A stretch of DNA of 54,430 bases, taken from a virus (taxonomy: Duplodnaviria > Caudoviricetes). The DNA lies in IMG/VR virus record IMGVR_UViG_3300050011_000409, positions 1-54,430 of that record. One strand, given 5' to 3'. Positions 8,801 through 19,100 of this stretch are shown piece by piece. Both the position numbers and the translations under genes were made by a program. The stretch's first letter is position 1. The number at the start of each line of letters is the position of its first letter. A model generated the notes under the pieces. It was not told where the DNA came from, made no database searches, and was given only the letters and a program-made list of their open reading frames with translations.

Positions 8801-10932
8801 CGTTGCAAATCGGCCTTCAATTCATTGACCCGGTTCAAAACACCAGCCGGATCTTTCACGTCCACGCCTAGTTTGGAGGCGGCTTCGGGTCGTTTGGCCG
8901 CGCCTTGAACGGAACGGATTTGATCTGTGATTTCCGTTTGGCGTGCGGACGCTTTCGAGGCCATTGCTTCGGCCTGTTTGATGGCGGTTTCGTCGCGGCC
9001 AAATAAATCAACTTGCTCGGCGGTGCCGCCGGTCTGTATCTGGACGGCCTTGATGAAGTTCTCGATTTCGGCTGGAGATCGGCCCTTGAGCGCCTGCTTG
9101 ATGCCCATGCCCTGAAGATCCGCGTTGCCGGGCGCGGCGCGGGCGATGGCTACGGCTTTTTCGGTGGTGATTTTACCGTCCCGCCAAAGGGCATAGACAT
9201 CATCGCTGGAGTCTTTGCCAAGTCGCCAGCCGTTCTCGCCCTTAGAGCGCGAGAGTAATCCCCGCGATCTAGCATCGGCCTCCGTGAGCGAAGGGGTGTT
9301 TTTGAAGTAGTGCGCATAATCTTCTACACTGCCTTGAGCATCGCGTATATTTGCTTCGGCGTCAAACGTTAAAGCCTGCTCCTTGGTGAAGCCATCGGCT
9401 TCACGCATGATTTGCGCCGGTATAGTTTTCTCGCCCGTGCGCCGGGCCAGATCGAGGCGATGTCGTCCGGTGATGATTTCTTTTTGTCCATTCAACCGCT
9501 CCCAAAGGACAATCGGCGCGGTGCCGACGCGCTGATAAGCGCCGCCGAGACGTTCGGAAGCCACGATGCCGGTCTTTGGGTCGGCTTCAAACTTGAAATT
9601 GGGAACGTCCTTGGAAAGTTGGACTTCGGAGACGGGAACTTCGACGACCGGATGCCGTTCGGTATCCGCAATGTAAGTTGTCGAACCGGGACCGGCGACT
9701 GCCGCTGCGATTGGCTCGGGTTTGGCTGGCGTTTCAGTTGGCGCGGCTTGAGTTGGAGGTTTTGCGGCTCGAAACACCTCGGCTTTATCGTTGGCAAGCT
9801 TCAGGACTTCTTCCGGGGTTGCTCCTTGTTTTGCATAAAAACTTGCGCCATAAGCGGGGTCGCTTTTGGGCAGATTTCGGAACGTGAATTGATGCAGTTT
9901 TATGTCACCAGATTCAAAATCAGCGTCGTAAGTGAATCCGTGTTTGTCGCCTATATTCTTGATGGTGGGCGCTGCGCCGGACGGAGCCGCAGTTTCCGGC
10001 GGAGCGGTAGTTCCAATGTTTTGATCTTTGACCGGTTCCGAAGGCGTTTCGGGCGTCAGTGCCAATGCACCGGCTTGGGCTTCTTGTGGGGCTTCACTCG
10101 TTCCGGCAGTTTCCCCTTGTTGTCGAAGTGGTGCTTGCGTGCCCACTCCGGCCCCTTGTTCGCGTAAATCCACGCCCTCTCCGCTTGCGATTTTGCTGGC
10201 ATTTTGTGACTCACTTTCTGTTGTTGGTTTGATTTTTCCTTTGAAAGCTCTCCCGGCCATTCCCGTTCCGATTAGTGCTTGGCCGATGTTCTCGACCAAC
10301 TGGCCGGGGGTCATGTTCGGGTTGTTGATATTCTGCCGCACGGCATCGACAACCATCTTCACGCCCTGTGCCCTGAATCCCAAATCCATCAGTTTCTTGG
10401 CGACGGGAGCCATTTTCGCGGCGAACTGTTCTTCTGCGGTGGCCACTGCCGAGCCTCCGCCAGTGGCAGCCATCAAAGCAATTCCGCCGGGGCTTGCGAT
10501 AGAATCAGCAATTTCAGATGCCAAATTCTGAACTCCCTGCATCACCGTTTTGGGCTGGTCAACGCGCGGAATGATCTGTTTCTTGTTCGTGAACAGCCCC
10601 ATTGCCCCGGCGTCACTGGTTGTCGGAGCGGATTGCAGAGCAGGAACGGCCGCCTTCTCCGCGTCAGTCCGGCCAAGCAGTGTCTCGACCGGCTGTGACG
10701 TGCGCAGGGCGTGAAAGGCGTCTGACGCGCGCTGGCGCAGCGTGGGCGTGTAGGCCGACATTTGTGCCGTGTCGAAGCGCGGCGGTGGCGTGGCGGTGGC
10801 CGATTTCGTCTCGGCGGGTGCCTTGCTGTAAAGATCCCACGGCTTTTTCTGGGCGAACTGCTCCCACGGCTTCTGTTTCGTGGAATCCTCGGCGTCAACC
10901 GCATCCGGGAGTGTGGCAATGTCGTCCGCCAT
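5875..10932 (-). CDS. Giant internal virion (ejection/polyvalent) protein containing a ParB-like CTPase + HTH region
   Basis: About 1685 aa from ATG 10932; N-terminal KPWEQF/KPWDLY motifs; PIVLWE..EIITGRHRLDLA (ParB GxxRxxA) and SRSKGENGWRL..DGKITTEKAVAIA; last gene of the tail/ejection operon. Confidence 0.8.
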   Translation of the reverse strand: MADDIATLPDAVDAEDSTKQKPWEQFAQKKPWDLYSKAPAETKSATATPPPRFDTAQMSAYTPTLRQRASDAFHALRTSQPVETLLGRTDAEKAAVPALQSAPTTSDAGAMGLFTNKKQIIPRVDQPKTVMQGVQNLASEIADSIASPGGIALMAATGGGSAVATAEEQFAAKMAPVAKKLMDLGFRAQGVKMVVDAVRQNINNPNMTPGQLVENIGQALIGTGMAGRAFKGKIKPTTESESQNASKIASGEGVDLREQGAGVGTQAPLRQQGETAGTSEAPQEAQAGALALTPETPSEPVKDQNIGTTAPPETAAPSGAAPTIKNIGDKHGFTYDADFESGDIKLHQFTFRNLPKSDPAYGASFYAKQGATPEEVLKLANDKAEVFRAAKPPTQAAPTETPAKPEPIAAAVAGPGSTTYIADTERHPVVEVPVSEVQLSKDVPNFKFEADPKTGIVASERLGGAYQRVGTAPIVLWERLNGQKEIITGRHRLDLARRTGEKTIPAQIMREADGFTKEQALTFDAEANIRDAQGSVEDYAHYFKNTPSLTEADARSRGLLSRSKGENGWRLGKDSSDDVYALWRDGKITTEKAVAIARAAPGNADLQGMGIKQALKGRSPAEIENFIKAVQIQTGGTAEQVDLFGRDETAIKQAEAMASKASARQTEITDQIRSVQGAAKRPEAASKLGVDVKDPAGVLNRVNELKADLQRWQNWPLHPDLVTEVGGKLKPTPKPTARVAPKSAPGELLTAAETPFNLAGEKAKFVEPTKTETAFGGEKLTQNDLFAIRDIVQEVDPFKSANAAEKMYGGSAQAAKTIQRQLSVMAKDPESYKSFDKKQKARLQEVLNLLNERTAETPAPTEPTIKSPMSAFGKAFYKNTEGQWRQKGKPSASVNASTIDALEQLTKPKAAAQPEMVAMGGDVPHPRPQDFGTTGAPQDIYGVAERVRKARAAAGQVAPVPTGQGVSAEEAVKWGQDLIAMGADPEVSMREFERTRATSFDLISFTRAYGEQLAKSARSVEEKFGTDSIQYRTAQKALSDWDTRTKPIQTEWHKQGMAQQGETDIDTGSFTGINRAFREISGRDLNPAEAKTARKLAADVNEADKATEPAKAGLQTAIDGIAEKGTPVKVAADLESQRKAFGDYESGKPMTPLQVKTLWTRAKTEYIDKGNDSRPDIVHKLAIDLGLPVKDIMRGLEQTKPVRRAADDVWQRQRQARMLKEFAKNWVNHATETWLQKSLPTVARTLFTLKTGLHGTVALGTHAPLVVATHPILFKNNFGRMYHLVLSPEYYEMQQHEIARRPNYTVAQRAGLVNDMSKMEDFSDPKLAQGFPKMAAWFKAKLDKAHLGRVVGMGTRGYSVLKILRQDLFDNAWNKLAESEKSPELAKAIADSVNHITGVTKTGGGVVGKYAHYALFAPKLEASRVAVIATDPVRAVNSLLKMKNMTEAEKWFATNQFKEKASIFAVFTGLMLANQQLNELFGDKKKLNGVPVALGGGGWNPMQSDFGKFRVAGMTFAWGSPFLTMTRLPLRIYQIGAGSGGKTKYLIYPDESMYKTGGSYLRTQASPFISPVISVITKGDYADRPLPQMPGYGKPQPVPKRLAAEGVKPYTWKEFGTGIVLPIPFEEGANEVFHYYDLGQTKAAQNTLLRAFAITLIMAGTGGRMAEDWNKPKPRAANPAWSPPP

Positions 10933-10936
10933 AAAA

Positions 10937-11893
10937 TCACTGCACTGGACTTGGCTGCGAGGGAGCTTCCATCCAATTTTTCTGGTCGGCTGGATCGCCG
11001 CCTTTGAAGACGTAACCATTTATCACGTCTCCTTGTTTGGGCAAACCCGGCGAGGACGGCGCGGCGGGAGCAGGACCTCCGGCGGCGGGTGTTGGTGCTG
11101 GCGCGCCGGGCGCGGCGGCGTGGAAAGCATCGGCAAGTGATGCTCTAATCGGAATTTTTTGAGTCACGGAATAAGCAGGATGCGCGGGGACTGCCGGGAC
11201 ATCTGGAACGGCAGCCACGTTTTTATCACCAAACCAACTCTTAGGATTCAACAAGCTGCGGGAGTAAGCCGGAGATCCCGGAACCGCCGGGATTTCATCG
11301 GCTTTCTCAAATCGTTCCGTGACGGTTTTTTCCGGTCCCGGTCTTGCCGTGGCTTGTGCCAATGCCGGTGTCCATGCGCGAGGATATTTGGCGAGAGCTT
11401 CGGCGGGCGTCATGCCGCCGGCAACCGCCATTGAGTAATTCTGGCGGTCGGCCAAAGCCTGGGCTTTTTCCGCCGTATCCTGCTGAACCTTTTTCGCCGT
11501 CTGGTCTATCCGTTGCTGGCCAAGGCCGATTTGCGCCTGTTTATAGGCGTTGGCCACGGCGTCCTGGGTCTGGCGGAGCATGAAATTCTGCTTGGCCGTT
11601 TCCTGCCCGGCCTGAAATTCCATCGCGGTCTGCTTTTGCTGCGCTTCGAGCCTCTGCTTTGCAAGACCAAGCTGCTGCGCGGCCTCTGCCGCACTTTGCG
11701 CCAGTCGCGCGCCTTCCATCTGGCCTTGTTGTGAAATTCGCGCGCCTTCCAAATCGCGTTCTTGTGCCAGTCGCGCGCGTTCCAAATCGCCTTGTTGTCC
11801 CAGTTGCGCGTTTTCTTGCCCCGCGCGGACGCCCGCTTCGCGCGCTTGCACGAACTGCGACGGTGAGACATCGAGCCAGGGAGGAATTTGCAT
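10937..11893 (-). CDS. Probable DNA ejection protein (Gln/Ala-rich coiled coil)
   Basis: Q/A-rich helical repeats, C-terminal GDVINGYVFKGGDP..NW motif; position in the operon. Confidence 0.65.
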   Translation of the reverse strand: MQIPPWLDVSPSQFVQAREAGVRAGQENAQLGQQGDLERARLAQERDLEGARISQQGQMEGARLAQSAAEAAQQLGLAKQRLEAQQKQTAMEFQAGQETAKQNFMLRQTQDAVANAYKQAQIGLGQQRIDQTAKKVQQDTAEKAQALADRQNYSMAVAGGMTPAEALAKYPRAWTPALAQATARPGPEKTVTERFEKADEIPAVPGSPAYSRSLLNPKSWFGDKNVAAVPDVPAVPAHPAYSVTQKIPIRASLADAFHAAAPGAPAPTPAAGGPAPAAPSSPGLPKQGDVINGYVFKGGDPADQKNWMEAPSQPSPVQ

Positions 11894-11900
11894 AAATCAA

Positions 11901-12551
11901 TTATCCGGGTGGGTTTCCGGGGTGTGTTTGTCCCAATGCGTCAGTCCACGAATTTGTTACCGTGGGGGCTGTGCTTGTCTTCGTTCCGGCGCCTGGATTC
12001 GTAAGCTGCCGATAAAGATTCGATGCCCCTGCTTCCTGACTGACGAATGCCGGGTCCAAAAATTGCAGGTAGTCCTGCATCTGCTGGTCGGCGGCTGCCT
12101 GTGGATTCGGCGCGGCGGCCATCGTGGCATTGTATTGACCGAGACTGGTCAATAGGCTGGGATCAAGTTGTAGCCCACCCAGCCCGCTCGCGGTGTTGAG
12201 ATAGTTGTTCTGGCCGGTCTGTTGCTCCTGCATGGAAGTCAGGCCAAGATTGCGCAAACTCATATTTTGGGAAAGTCCACTGCCGGGCATTCCCGAACTG
12301 ACGCCCCACGATGCCGCCTGATCTTGGATCTGCTTGATGACATCCGTGGGCACGACGCCCGACATTTGCTGGCCGATTAGATTCGCATTCTGGTTGGTGA
12401 GCGAGGACAACTGGGGCAGGACGCCCGAAAGCTGCTCGTAAGTTGACGGCGGGGTTGCCACAGCACCGGGCACGGCACCGTATGCGCCGGAGCCGGCTTG
12501 GGTTGTCGGATTGGCCGAGTAATTGGCGAGGACTGGATTTTGGATAGCCAT
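11901..12551 (-). CDS. Probable DNA ejection/pilot protein
   Basis: G/S/Q-rich, low charge; lies between tail and ejection genes. Confidence 0.55.
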   Translation of the reverse strand: MAIQNPVLANYSANPTTQAGSGAYGAVPGAVATPPSTYEQLSGVLPQLSSLTNQNANLIGQQMSGVVPTDVIKQIQDQAASWGVSSGMPGSGLSQNMSLRNLGLTSMQEQQTGQNNYLNTASGLGGLQLDPSLLTSLGQYNATMAAAPNPQAAADQQMQDYLQFLDPAFVSQEAGASNLYRQLTNPGAGTKTSTAPTVTNSWTDALGQTHPGNPPG

Positions 12552-12552
12552 A

Positions 12553-13572
12553 TTAAATCATTCCTAAGGTTTTGCGGTTTAGACTTTCTCTACCGAACGG
12601 GCGGAAGGTGACGACGAATTGTTCATCTGGCACGCGGTCACGAAGCTCGTAGTTCAATTCTCTGAAAGCGTCTTTCTCCCACTGAAGGGAACGGTCGGCA
12701 TCTCCCTTTTCGCGGTAACGGATGCTCTGAATCATGTTGGAGATGGCGTCCTGATTTTCGATCAAAACCAAATCGTTATCGTTAAAGACAGGGATAAATG
12801 CCAATTTTACGAGCGCGGTGATTTGCCGGACACAGCCGCAGGGGCCGACGCCTCCAAGTATTTTGCTGTGTTGATAATCCGGGGAGGTTTCCGATGGGTC
12901 ATATTGGGCCAAATCGAAAACGTTTGGGGTGAGATCGGGATTCAGGTTGACGCCATCCCATTGATAGAGCCGGACGACGCCTTGCGTGCGATCCTTCAGC
13001 ACGCGCGTAATTTTCTGAAACTTCATCGGCGACTGGACGTAGGGCAGCGCGAGCGTGAGGGTAATGCCATCGCTCCACATGCCGTTTATTTTTTGGCGCA
13101 CGTCTTGGCCGTTGGAGTCCACGCCAAACAGGGTGATGGTCTTGACGAGATCGGCTTGGACGCTGGGATAAACCAGAACGTAACGCGACTGGCCGCACGG
13201 GATGGGGTTGAAAACTGGTGTGGTGCCGTCAAAGACGGTGGTGTTTGGAAAGTCATGCCGATGGCCCGGAGTCAGGCCGAAGCTGCCCAGATCAATGCCG
13301 GACCAGTCCATGAATTGAAACCAGCGGTTGGCCAGTTCGGAATAGTGGCCGTTCCGGTTCACCGCGAGCACGGTGCCAACATAACGCGGCCAGGTGATGC
13401 AATTGTCATAGACGCAGCCTCGCATGGGTTGGACGGTGCCCCACCAATTGCCGCGCCGCATCAACTGGCGCACGGCTTGGTTGACGTAGCCCGTGAAGTC
13501 CGGGCTGGTCACGCAGAAACCCGCAATCTTGCTGCAAGGTCCTTCTTTGAGTTGGCCGTATGTGAGTAACAT
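12553..13572 (-). CDS. Probable head-tail adaptor/tail tubular protein
   Basis: N-terminal helix (YVNQAVRQLMRRGNW), beta core and C-terminal helices typical of podoviral adaptors; context. Confidence 0.5.
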   Translation of the reverse strand: MLLTYGQLKEGPCSKIAGFCVTSPDFTGYVNQAVRQLMRRGNWWGTVQPMRGCVYDNCITWPRYVGTVLAVNRNGHYSELANRWFQFMDWSGIDLGSFGLTPGHRHDFPNTTVFDGTTPVFNPIPCGQSRYVLVYPSVQADLVKTITLFGVDSNGQDVRQKINGMWSDGITLTLALPYVQSPMKFQKITRVLKDRTQGVVRLYQWDGVNLNPDLTPNVFDLAQYDPSETSPDYQHSKILGGVGPCGCVRQITALVKLAFIPVFNDNDLVLIENQDAISNMIQSIRYREKGDADRSLQWEKDAFRELNYELRDRVPDEQFVVTFRPFGRESLNRKTLGMI

Positions 13573-13616
13573 CTTCTTTTCCTATCGTATTGAATTTCGA
13601 TTTTGGCAATAGGAAA

Positions 13617-16172
13617 TCAAACGGCGATGAAAGTTCCTCCTTGCTGGAAGCAGACGCTTTTGAGCGGGCCTTGGGGAGCGGCGGGTGAAAAATAGCCCCA
13701 ATTGACGCCGTTGGTGGAGTAAAAATAAACAAGCTGGCCGTTTGGCACGCCCAATATGCCCTGGCTCGGAGTGCCGATAGAAAGAGAAGCTGCCCCTATA
13801 AAGAGCTTCGTGTCCGAATAATAGGTCACAGACAAAAGCGTGCCACCGGGAAAAGAATGCGAGCCACCAACCGAAAGATGCGTAGTCCCGACGAAAACCC
13901 TTCCGAAGAATGAACCGCTGCCGCGGACAAAAACAGAACCGCCGCCCAAGGGCGAAACGGTTGCATACTGTCCCATTGTCACCCCAGGCGCAGAGTCTCC
14001 CAACGCATGTAAAAAACGAAGGAGCACTGTTCCGTATGGATTGGTGAAGCTGCGCGAAACCACGGTGAAAGTGCCAACGTGAACGCCATCGCTGATGACC
14101 ACGCTTCTGCCGGGGACCAAGGACATCCGATTTGAATCATACACTTGAACGGTGACAGTGGCATTTGCGGCGGGAACGACAAAGCCTCCGAGTTGATTGA
14201 CTTGTTCAAACGAACCGTTGTTGTCCTCGCCCGTCCACTTCATCTGGCCGTAACACATGATCTGTGTCCAGTTGATTCCGTCCGATGAGCGATAGACATT
14301 TCCAAGCCCGGTTACGACGACAAACACAAAGACTCCAAAGGCAATGGAAACAAAATTCTCAAGTGATGGAAAAGAATGTGAGTGCCATGTTTTTAGATCG
14401 GGCGACGTGTAAATAAAACCGACGCCTACGACGACATACTGGAATCCCCCGAAGGCAATGTCGTAGGCGGTAAGATTTTGGGGGATGCTGGTATGGGCCG
14501 TCCACGTCGCGCAATCTGAACTGGAAGCGACCTCTCCGAACTTGGAGACAATCAGAAAAAGATTGTTGGCGAATCGCGGCTGCGTCGAGGGCGACAAGGT
14601 TGTGACTGGCAGCCACGTCGTTCCATTACTGGAATAAAAACTGGTTCCGCTTCCGTTCTGGTTGGTTTGGCAGACGAGAAATACCCCGCCGCTGGCGCTG
14701 CCAAAAACGACAGAGTTCAAATCGCCGTTGTTTTCAGTCAGGGGCAGGTCGACTTCCGTCCAGGCAATCGCATTAGAGGAAGAATAAATTGTCGCCTGTC
14801 CGGTGAGGCGGTGTTTGGAAGTCACGACGAACTTGCCGTTGCCGTAGGCAATGTCGGTGAGGCCGGCGGCGTTGGCGATGGTGGAAACGACCGACCAAGT
14901 ATAACCATCCGTGGAGGCATAGACATTATTGCTGCCGTCCCGCGTCATGTAAAACGTGCCGTTCAGGCCGTGGACATCGGCATTGAGATAGCGGATAAAG
15001 TTGAATTTGTAGGCAAATGGGTCTTGAATTGGGGGGCCTGGCTCAAGAACTTTGGCGTGAGACGAATCGCTATATTCCTGATTCGGTAGAAGAACCATGT
15101 TGACTTGAGCGAAGATTCCAATGACCGGCGCCTGGTCTTGCTCTAACACGGTGATACTAATGCCAAAGAGGTATGGTTCGACATGCCAGGTTCCCTTGGC
15201 TGGCATGTTGGTGCTCCCCGCCCCAAATTCGGGGAAATCCGCATAGACTGTATGTGGTGGACTGCTTCCAGTGACAAGTTTGTAGGTGCCTTCCGGCGTG
15301 TAACCGCCCAACTTATACCAGCAGCCGGCCTGACCCCCAGGATTACCTCCAAATTCAGAATTGATCTCAAGAAGCCAAACGAGAATGCCGTTAACGCAAC
15401 GGACGGTGAACTGGAACATTCCTGGCGGCTGACCTCCTACGCTTGGTACGGCATAAGCTTGTTCTGTTTCAGCGACATAAGCTGCGGGGGTTACGGCAAA
15501 GCGCATGACTCGGCCGAGACGGCAAAAAACAGGGTAACAAAGGTCGGCCCGCCAAATATAGGCCCCACCTATAGGGTTGGCTATGCTGGAAGGACTGGTC
15601 CCATAGGTTGGGAAAGCGCCGTCCCACCAAGGATCGCTCGCGCCGCCATACGTGAGTATAGGGTTGGTGCGTGTTGATCCCGCCGCCGCGACTGCGAGCC
15701 AAGCCGCTTGGACCAGACTGGTTGGAATACTTGATCCACGCTTCCAGTCTTTGCCTGCGCCGTTTGGACCAAACCCATAGCCGTCGTAGAAATTGGCAAT
15801 TTCCACGCCAGGCGCGGGCAACCATTGATTTGCTGGCATGATGGCCGTCAGAATAGTCGGGCAATCGCAAACCAATGTTCCGTTCAAAAAAGCAGCCTGA
15901 ACAAATGAGTCGAGCGCCTTTTGGGCGACGGCGTTGGCGGCGTCCTTATCGGTCCCCCGATAAATCCCCGCCGCCCCTTCAAAAGTGGAACCGTCCCAAG
16001 TTATCCAGCCGGGCAGCGCGGCTGAAGAAATGGGCGTGACTCCGGGCGGACACAAATCGCCAGACGAAACCGCATCATTCGTGTAAGGGAGTGGTTCGTT
16101 TGAAGATTGATTTACGACGGCTACGGGCGCGCAAGAAAGTTCCGGGCACGGCGATTCAGGGTTTGCGTTCAT
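13617..16172 (-). CDS. Tail/receptor-binding protein with Asp-box (SxDGxxW) beta-propeller repeats
   Basis: STDGYTW, SSNGTTW, SPDLKTW, SSDGINW, STNGVNW; N-terminal module shared with 16180..19830; start taken at ATG 16172. Confidence 0.65.
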   Translation of the reverse strand: MNANPESPCPELSCAPVAVVNQSSNEPLPYTNDAVSSGDLCPPGVTPISSAALPGWITWDGSTFEGAAGIYRGTDKDAANAVAQKALDSFVQAAFLNGTLVCDCPTILTAIMPANQWLPAPGVEIANFYDGYGFGPNGAGKDWKRGSSIPTSLVQAAWLAVAAAGSTRTNPILTYGGASDPWWDGAFPTYGTSPSSIANPIGGAYIWRADLCYPVFCRLGRVMRFAVTPAAYVAETEQAYAVPSVGGQPPGMFQFTVRCVNGILVWLLEINSEFGGNPGGQAGCWYKLGGYTPEGTYKLVTGSSPPHTVYADFPEFGAGSTNMPAKGTWHVEPYLFGISITVLEQDQAPVIGIFAQVNMVLLPNQEYSDSSHAKVLEPGPPIQDPFAYKFNFIRYLNADVHGLNGTFYMTRDGSNNVYASTDGYTWSVVSTIANAAGLTDIAYGNGKFVVTSKHRLTGQATIYSSSNAIAWTEVDLPLTENNGDLNSVVFGSASGGVFLVCQTNQNGSGTSFYSSNGTTWLPVTTLSPSTQPRFANNLFLIVSKFGEVASSSDCATWTAHTSIPQNLTAYDIAFGGFQYVVVGVGFIYTSPDLKTWHSHSFPSLENFVSIAFGVFVFVVVTGLGNVYRSSDGINWTQIMCYGQMKWTGEDNNGSFEQVNQLGGFVVPAANATVTVQVYDSNRMSLVPGRSVVISDGVHVGTFTVVSRSFTNPYGTVLLRFLHALGDSAPGVTMGQYATVSPLGGGSVFVRGSGSFFGRVFVGTTHLSVGGSHSFPGGTLLSVTYYSDTKLFIGAASLSIGTPSQGILGVPNGQLVYFYSTNGVNWGYFSPAAPQGPLKSVCFQQGGTFIAV

Positions 16173-16179
16173 CGGGTTG

Positions 16180-19100
16180 TTACCAGAGCGTCCCTTCGGC
16201 GGTGATGATGGCGGCTTGGCCATCGGTGACAATGTTGTTCAAGGCGGCGGCGGCGGTGGTCGAGCCGGGAATCCAAGCATTGCCGTTGCTAGAAAAATAG
16301 ACGTTCCCGGATTGCCCGCAAGCGACAAAGCTTCCGTTGGCAAACACCACGCCGACCAGAGCGCTTTCGGCGACACCTAAAGTCCCCCCCACCGTCCACG
16401 AAATTCCATCAGAAGAAACGGCAGTCCAAGAATGGTTGCCGCCGCTTGAATAAAATCCGACCGCGACATAGGTGTTGTTGCCAAACGCGATGTCGCGGCA
16501 TTCATAGCCGGCGGGAAAGGCACCTTGCGTCCAAACTCCGGCAGGATTGCTTGCGGACCAAACGTTGTCTGCAAAACAGGCGTAGAATTTGCCGTTGAGA
16601 TACTGCACTTTGCGGCAGGACGTTGAACCTTGAACCGATCCATAGGCCGTCCAATTCACCCCGTCAGCCGAAACAACTGGGTGCCCAAAATTATCAAACC
16701 GGCAAAACGACCCGCCGCCAAAGCAGACTGAATAGGACGGAAAAACGGTAACAAGATCGTCATGCTCGGTCCATGCGATTCCATCGAGGGATTTATAGAC
16801 GATGCACCTGAAAGGCACGGTCAGTTGCGCTCCAACGGCAACATAAAAGCCGCTTCCGTAGGCAACGTCGTAAATCAAGCCCGACGCGCCCGCCAGCGGG
16901 TTGGTCCAAGTGAGGCCGTCCGTGGATGAAAAGATTCCGTTGACGGAGGATCGGGTTAAGAAATACTTTCCGTTCAGATAGCGCAACTGCATCGCGTCGG
17001 TCCCCAGCAGGCTTGTTTGTTCGTCGTCCTTGAGAATGTTGTAAGGCGACAGGCAGACAAAGTAACCTGCGGCGACTGCTTGATTGGCCCATAAATCCAA
17101 CGTCTTTTGGGCGACAGTATTGGCGGCAGCCTTGCTATCTCCCCGGAAAAGCCCGGCGTTCCCAACGAGTTGATTATTGGAAAAATCGTAATAAATCCAG
17201 TTCGGTCTTGGCAGGACGCCAAAAATTGGAGCCGGGGTTCCGACTGGACAACTGATTTGGAAAAACACCAGATCGTTAAAAACAACTGGCGTTGTGATCG
17301 GACCAGATTCGCCGGTCTTGTTGCACAGCGGCGGTTCAAACTCGTATTCGGGCACGAGCACGGCTCCGAGTTTTGCACCCTGAAAAACACAATGGCCAGT
17401 GAAGGTGAGACGCAACTGGAAGAAACGGGCTTCGCGAGCGGGCTTGTTGTTGAACTGGACGCACTGCGACGCGCTGGGTTCGCCGAGGCCGATGCGGGAA
17501 CGGTATTGGTTCTCCAAACCAGGGCCGACGGCCGAGCACACATAAAAACTCGCCCACGGATACCAGCAGGGGGACCAGTCGGGCCGATATTCAACGGTGA
17601 CATCCACGCGCCCTTCAATGTCGGACAGATAAATTTCACCATCCACAAGCCGCGCAAGGTCGAACAGACCCTTTTGTTTGCTGCCCATGAAAATGGTTGG
17701 CGACTCAAACTGCCAGGTGATCGGGAGAATTCCACTATCCAAGTGCTCGTCGCCGGTGGGCAGCAACTCCCACAGTTCAATGATGCCGCTGCCGGTGTCG
17801 GAACAAAAGGCAAAGGCGCGATTCGAGCCAGAAAACCTGACGAGTTGGAAAATTTTCAATCCGCCCCATACGCCATCATAAACGGACGCTGATTTGTTTT
17901 GCAGCGAACTGATTTCATCGAAGTTCAGCGCAAAGAGATTCGACCAAACGACGCCTTGAGCCGTCTGGACTGGATTGGCCGTGCTCAAGCGCCGGTTGTC
18001 GAAGACAATTCCTGAATCAAAATTCATCAGGGCCAGATTCTCTTGTTCCGTGACGCGCAACAGCTCAAGACTGATGGGCGTGTCGCCCCAGCGGTTGAAG
18101 TCGAGGCGGCTTAGAATCAAAGACCGGATTTGGCCGTCCGGTGAACGAAAGAGAACATCGGCATTTGAATTGGTCAGTGTGTATTGGCCGGCGCCACCAG
18201 CGCCTTTCAACGCCTCGGTGAGAATCGGGTTGGTAAGACTCTGCCAAGTGGTGCGGTCCACGGGTGCTTGGCAACTGAACACGTTTCGTGAAGTGAATAC
18301 TTGAAGCGGTCCTTGGCCAAGCGAGACATCGAGTGTGGCGGTGAAGATCAAGCCGCGGATTTCTCCGACACTGCCAGGCACTCGAAATAATCCACCGCCG
18401 GCGAGATAAAGATTTTCTGTGATTTTGAGAACAGCGTCGCGGAAATTCAGGTTGGGAGATCCGCTACTGCCCCCCACAATGTCGCCTGCAAGGAAACTAA
18501 TGCTGTCGGTCATCACTTCCCAGACGCGGCCCATGCCGTAGGCGAGCATCCGGCCCGCCGGCAGTTCAGGGATGCTGTAGATGCTTGCTGGCGCGGTAAT
18601 TGATGGTGGCGTGGTGCCAGGCGTTCCCACAGTGTCATTGATGTTGAGCAGTATGATCGAATTTGTCGGAGTGCCGGAGCCGGCGGCGGTGATGATGTAG
18701 TGATCCCCGTTAATGCTTAAGATGGCGGGCAGCGGGCCGGTGTATTGATTGACGAATGACAGCGTGCCGTTTCCATCCACGGGCGGGGCTGTAAATGGGG
18801 TGCTCAAGGTTCCGACATTTTGCAACGGCGCTCCGCCCGGCTTGAAAACCATCAAAGTGTTTTTGGCGACACCCGTTGGCGCGGTAAGGGTTCCGCCGGG
18901 ACTGGAAAAAAGATTCAACTTCAAACTAATGCTGGTCGTGTCCGCGCCCATGACCTTCCAGTTGTAAAATGCGGAATCTTGCGGTGGCCAGTTCACAGTG
19001 GCTCCGATAGGGCCGGTATAGGGAGGGGAGACGGAAATCAAACCGAGCGCAAAAACGGTTCCGTCGGGAATGGAGATCGGACCGACTGGTGGCGTAGTAT

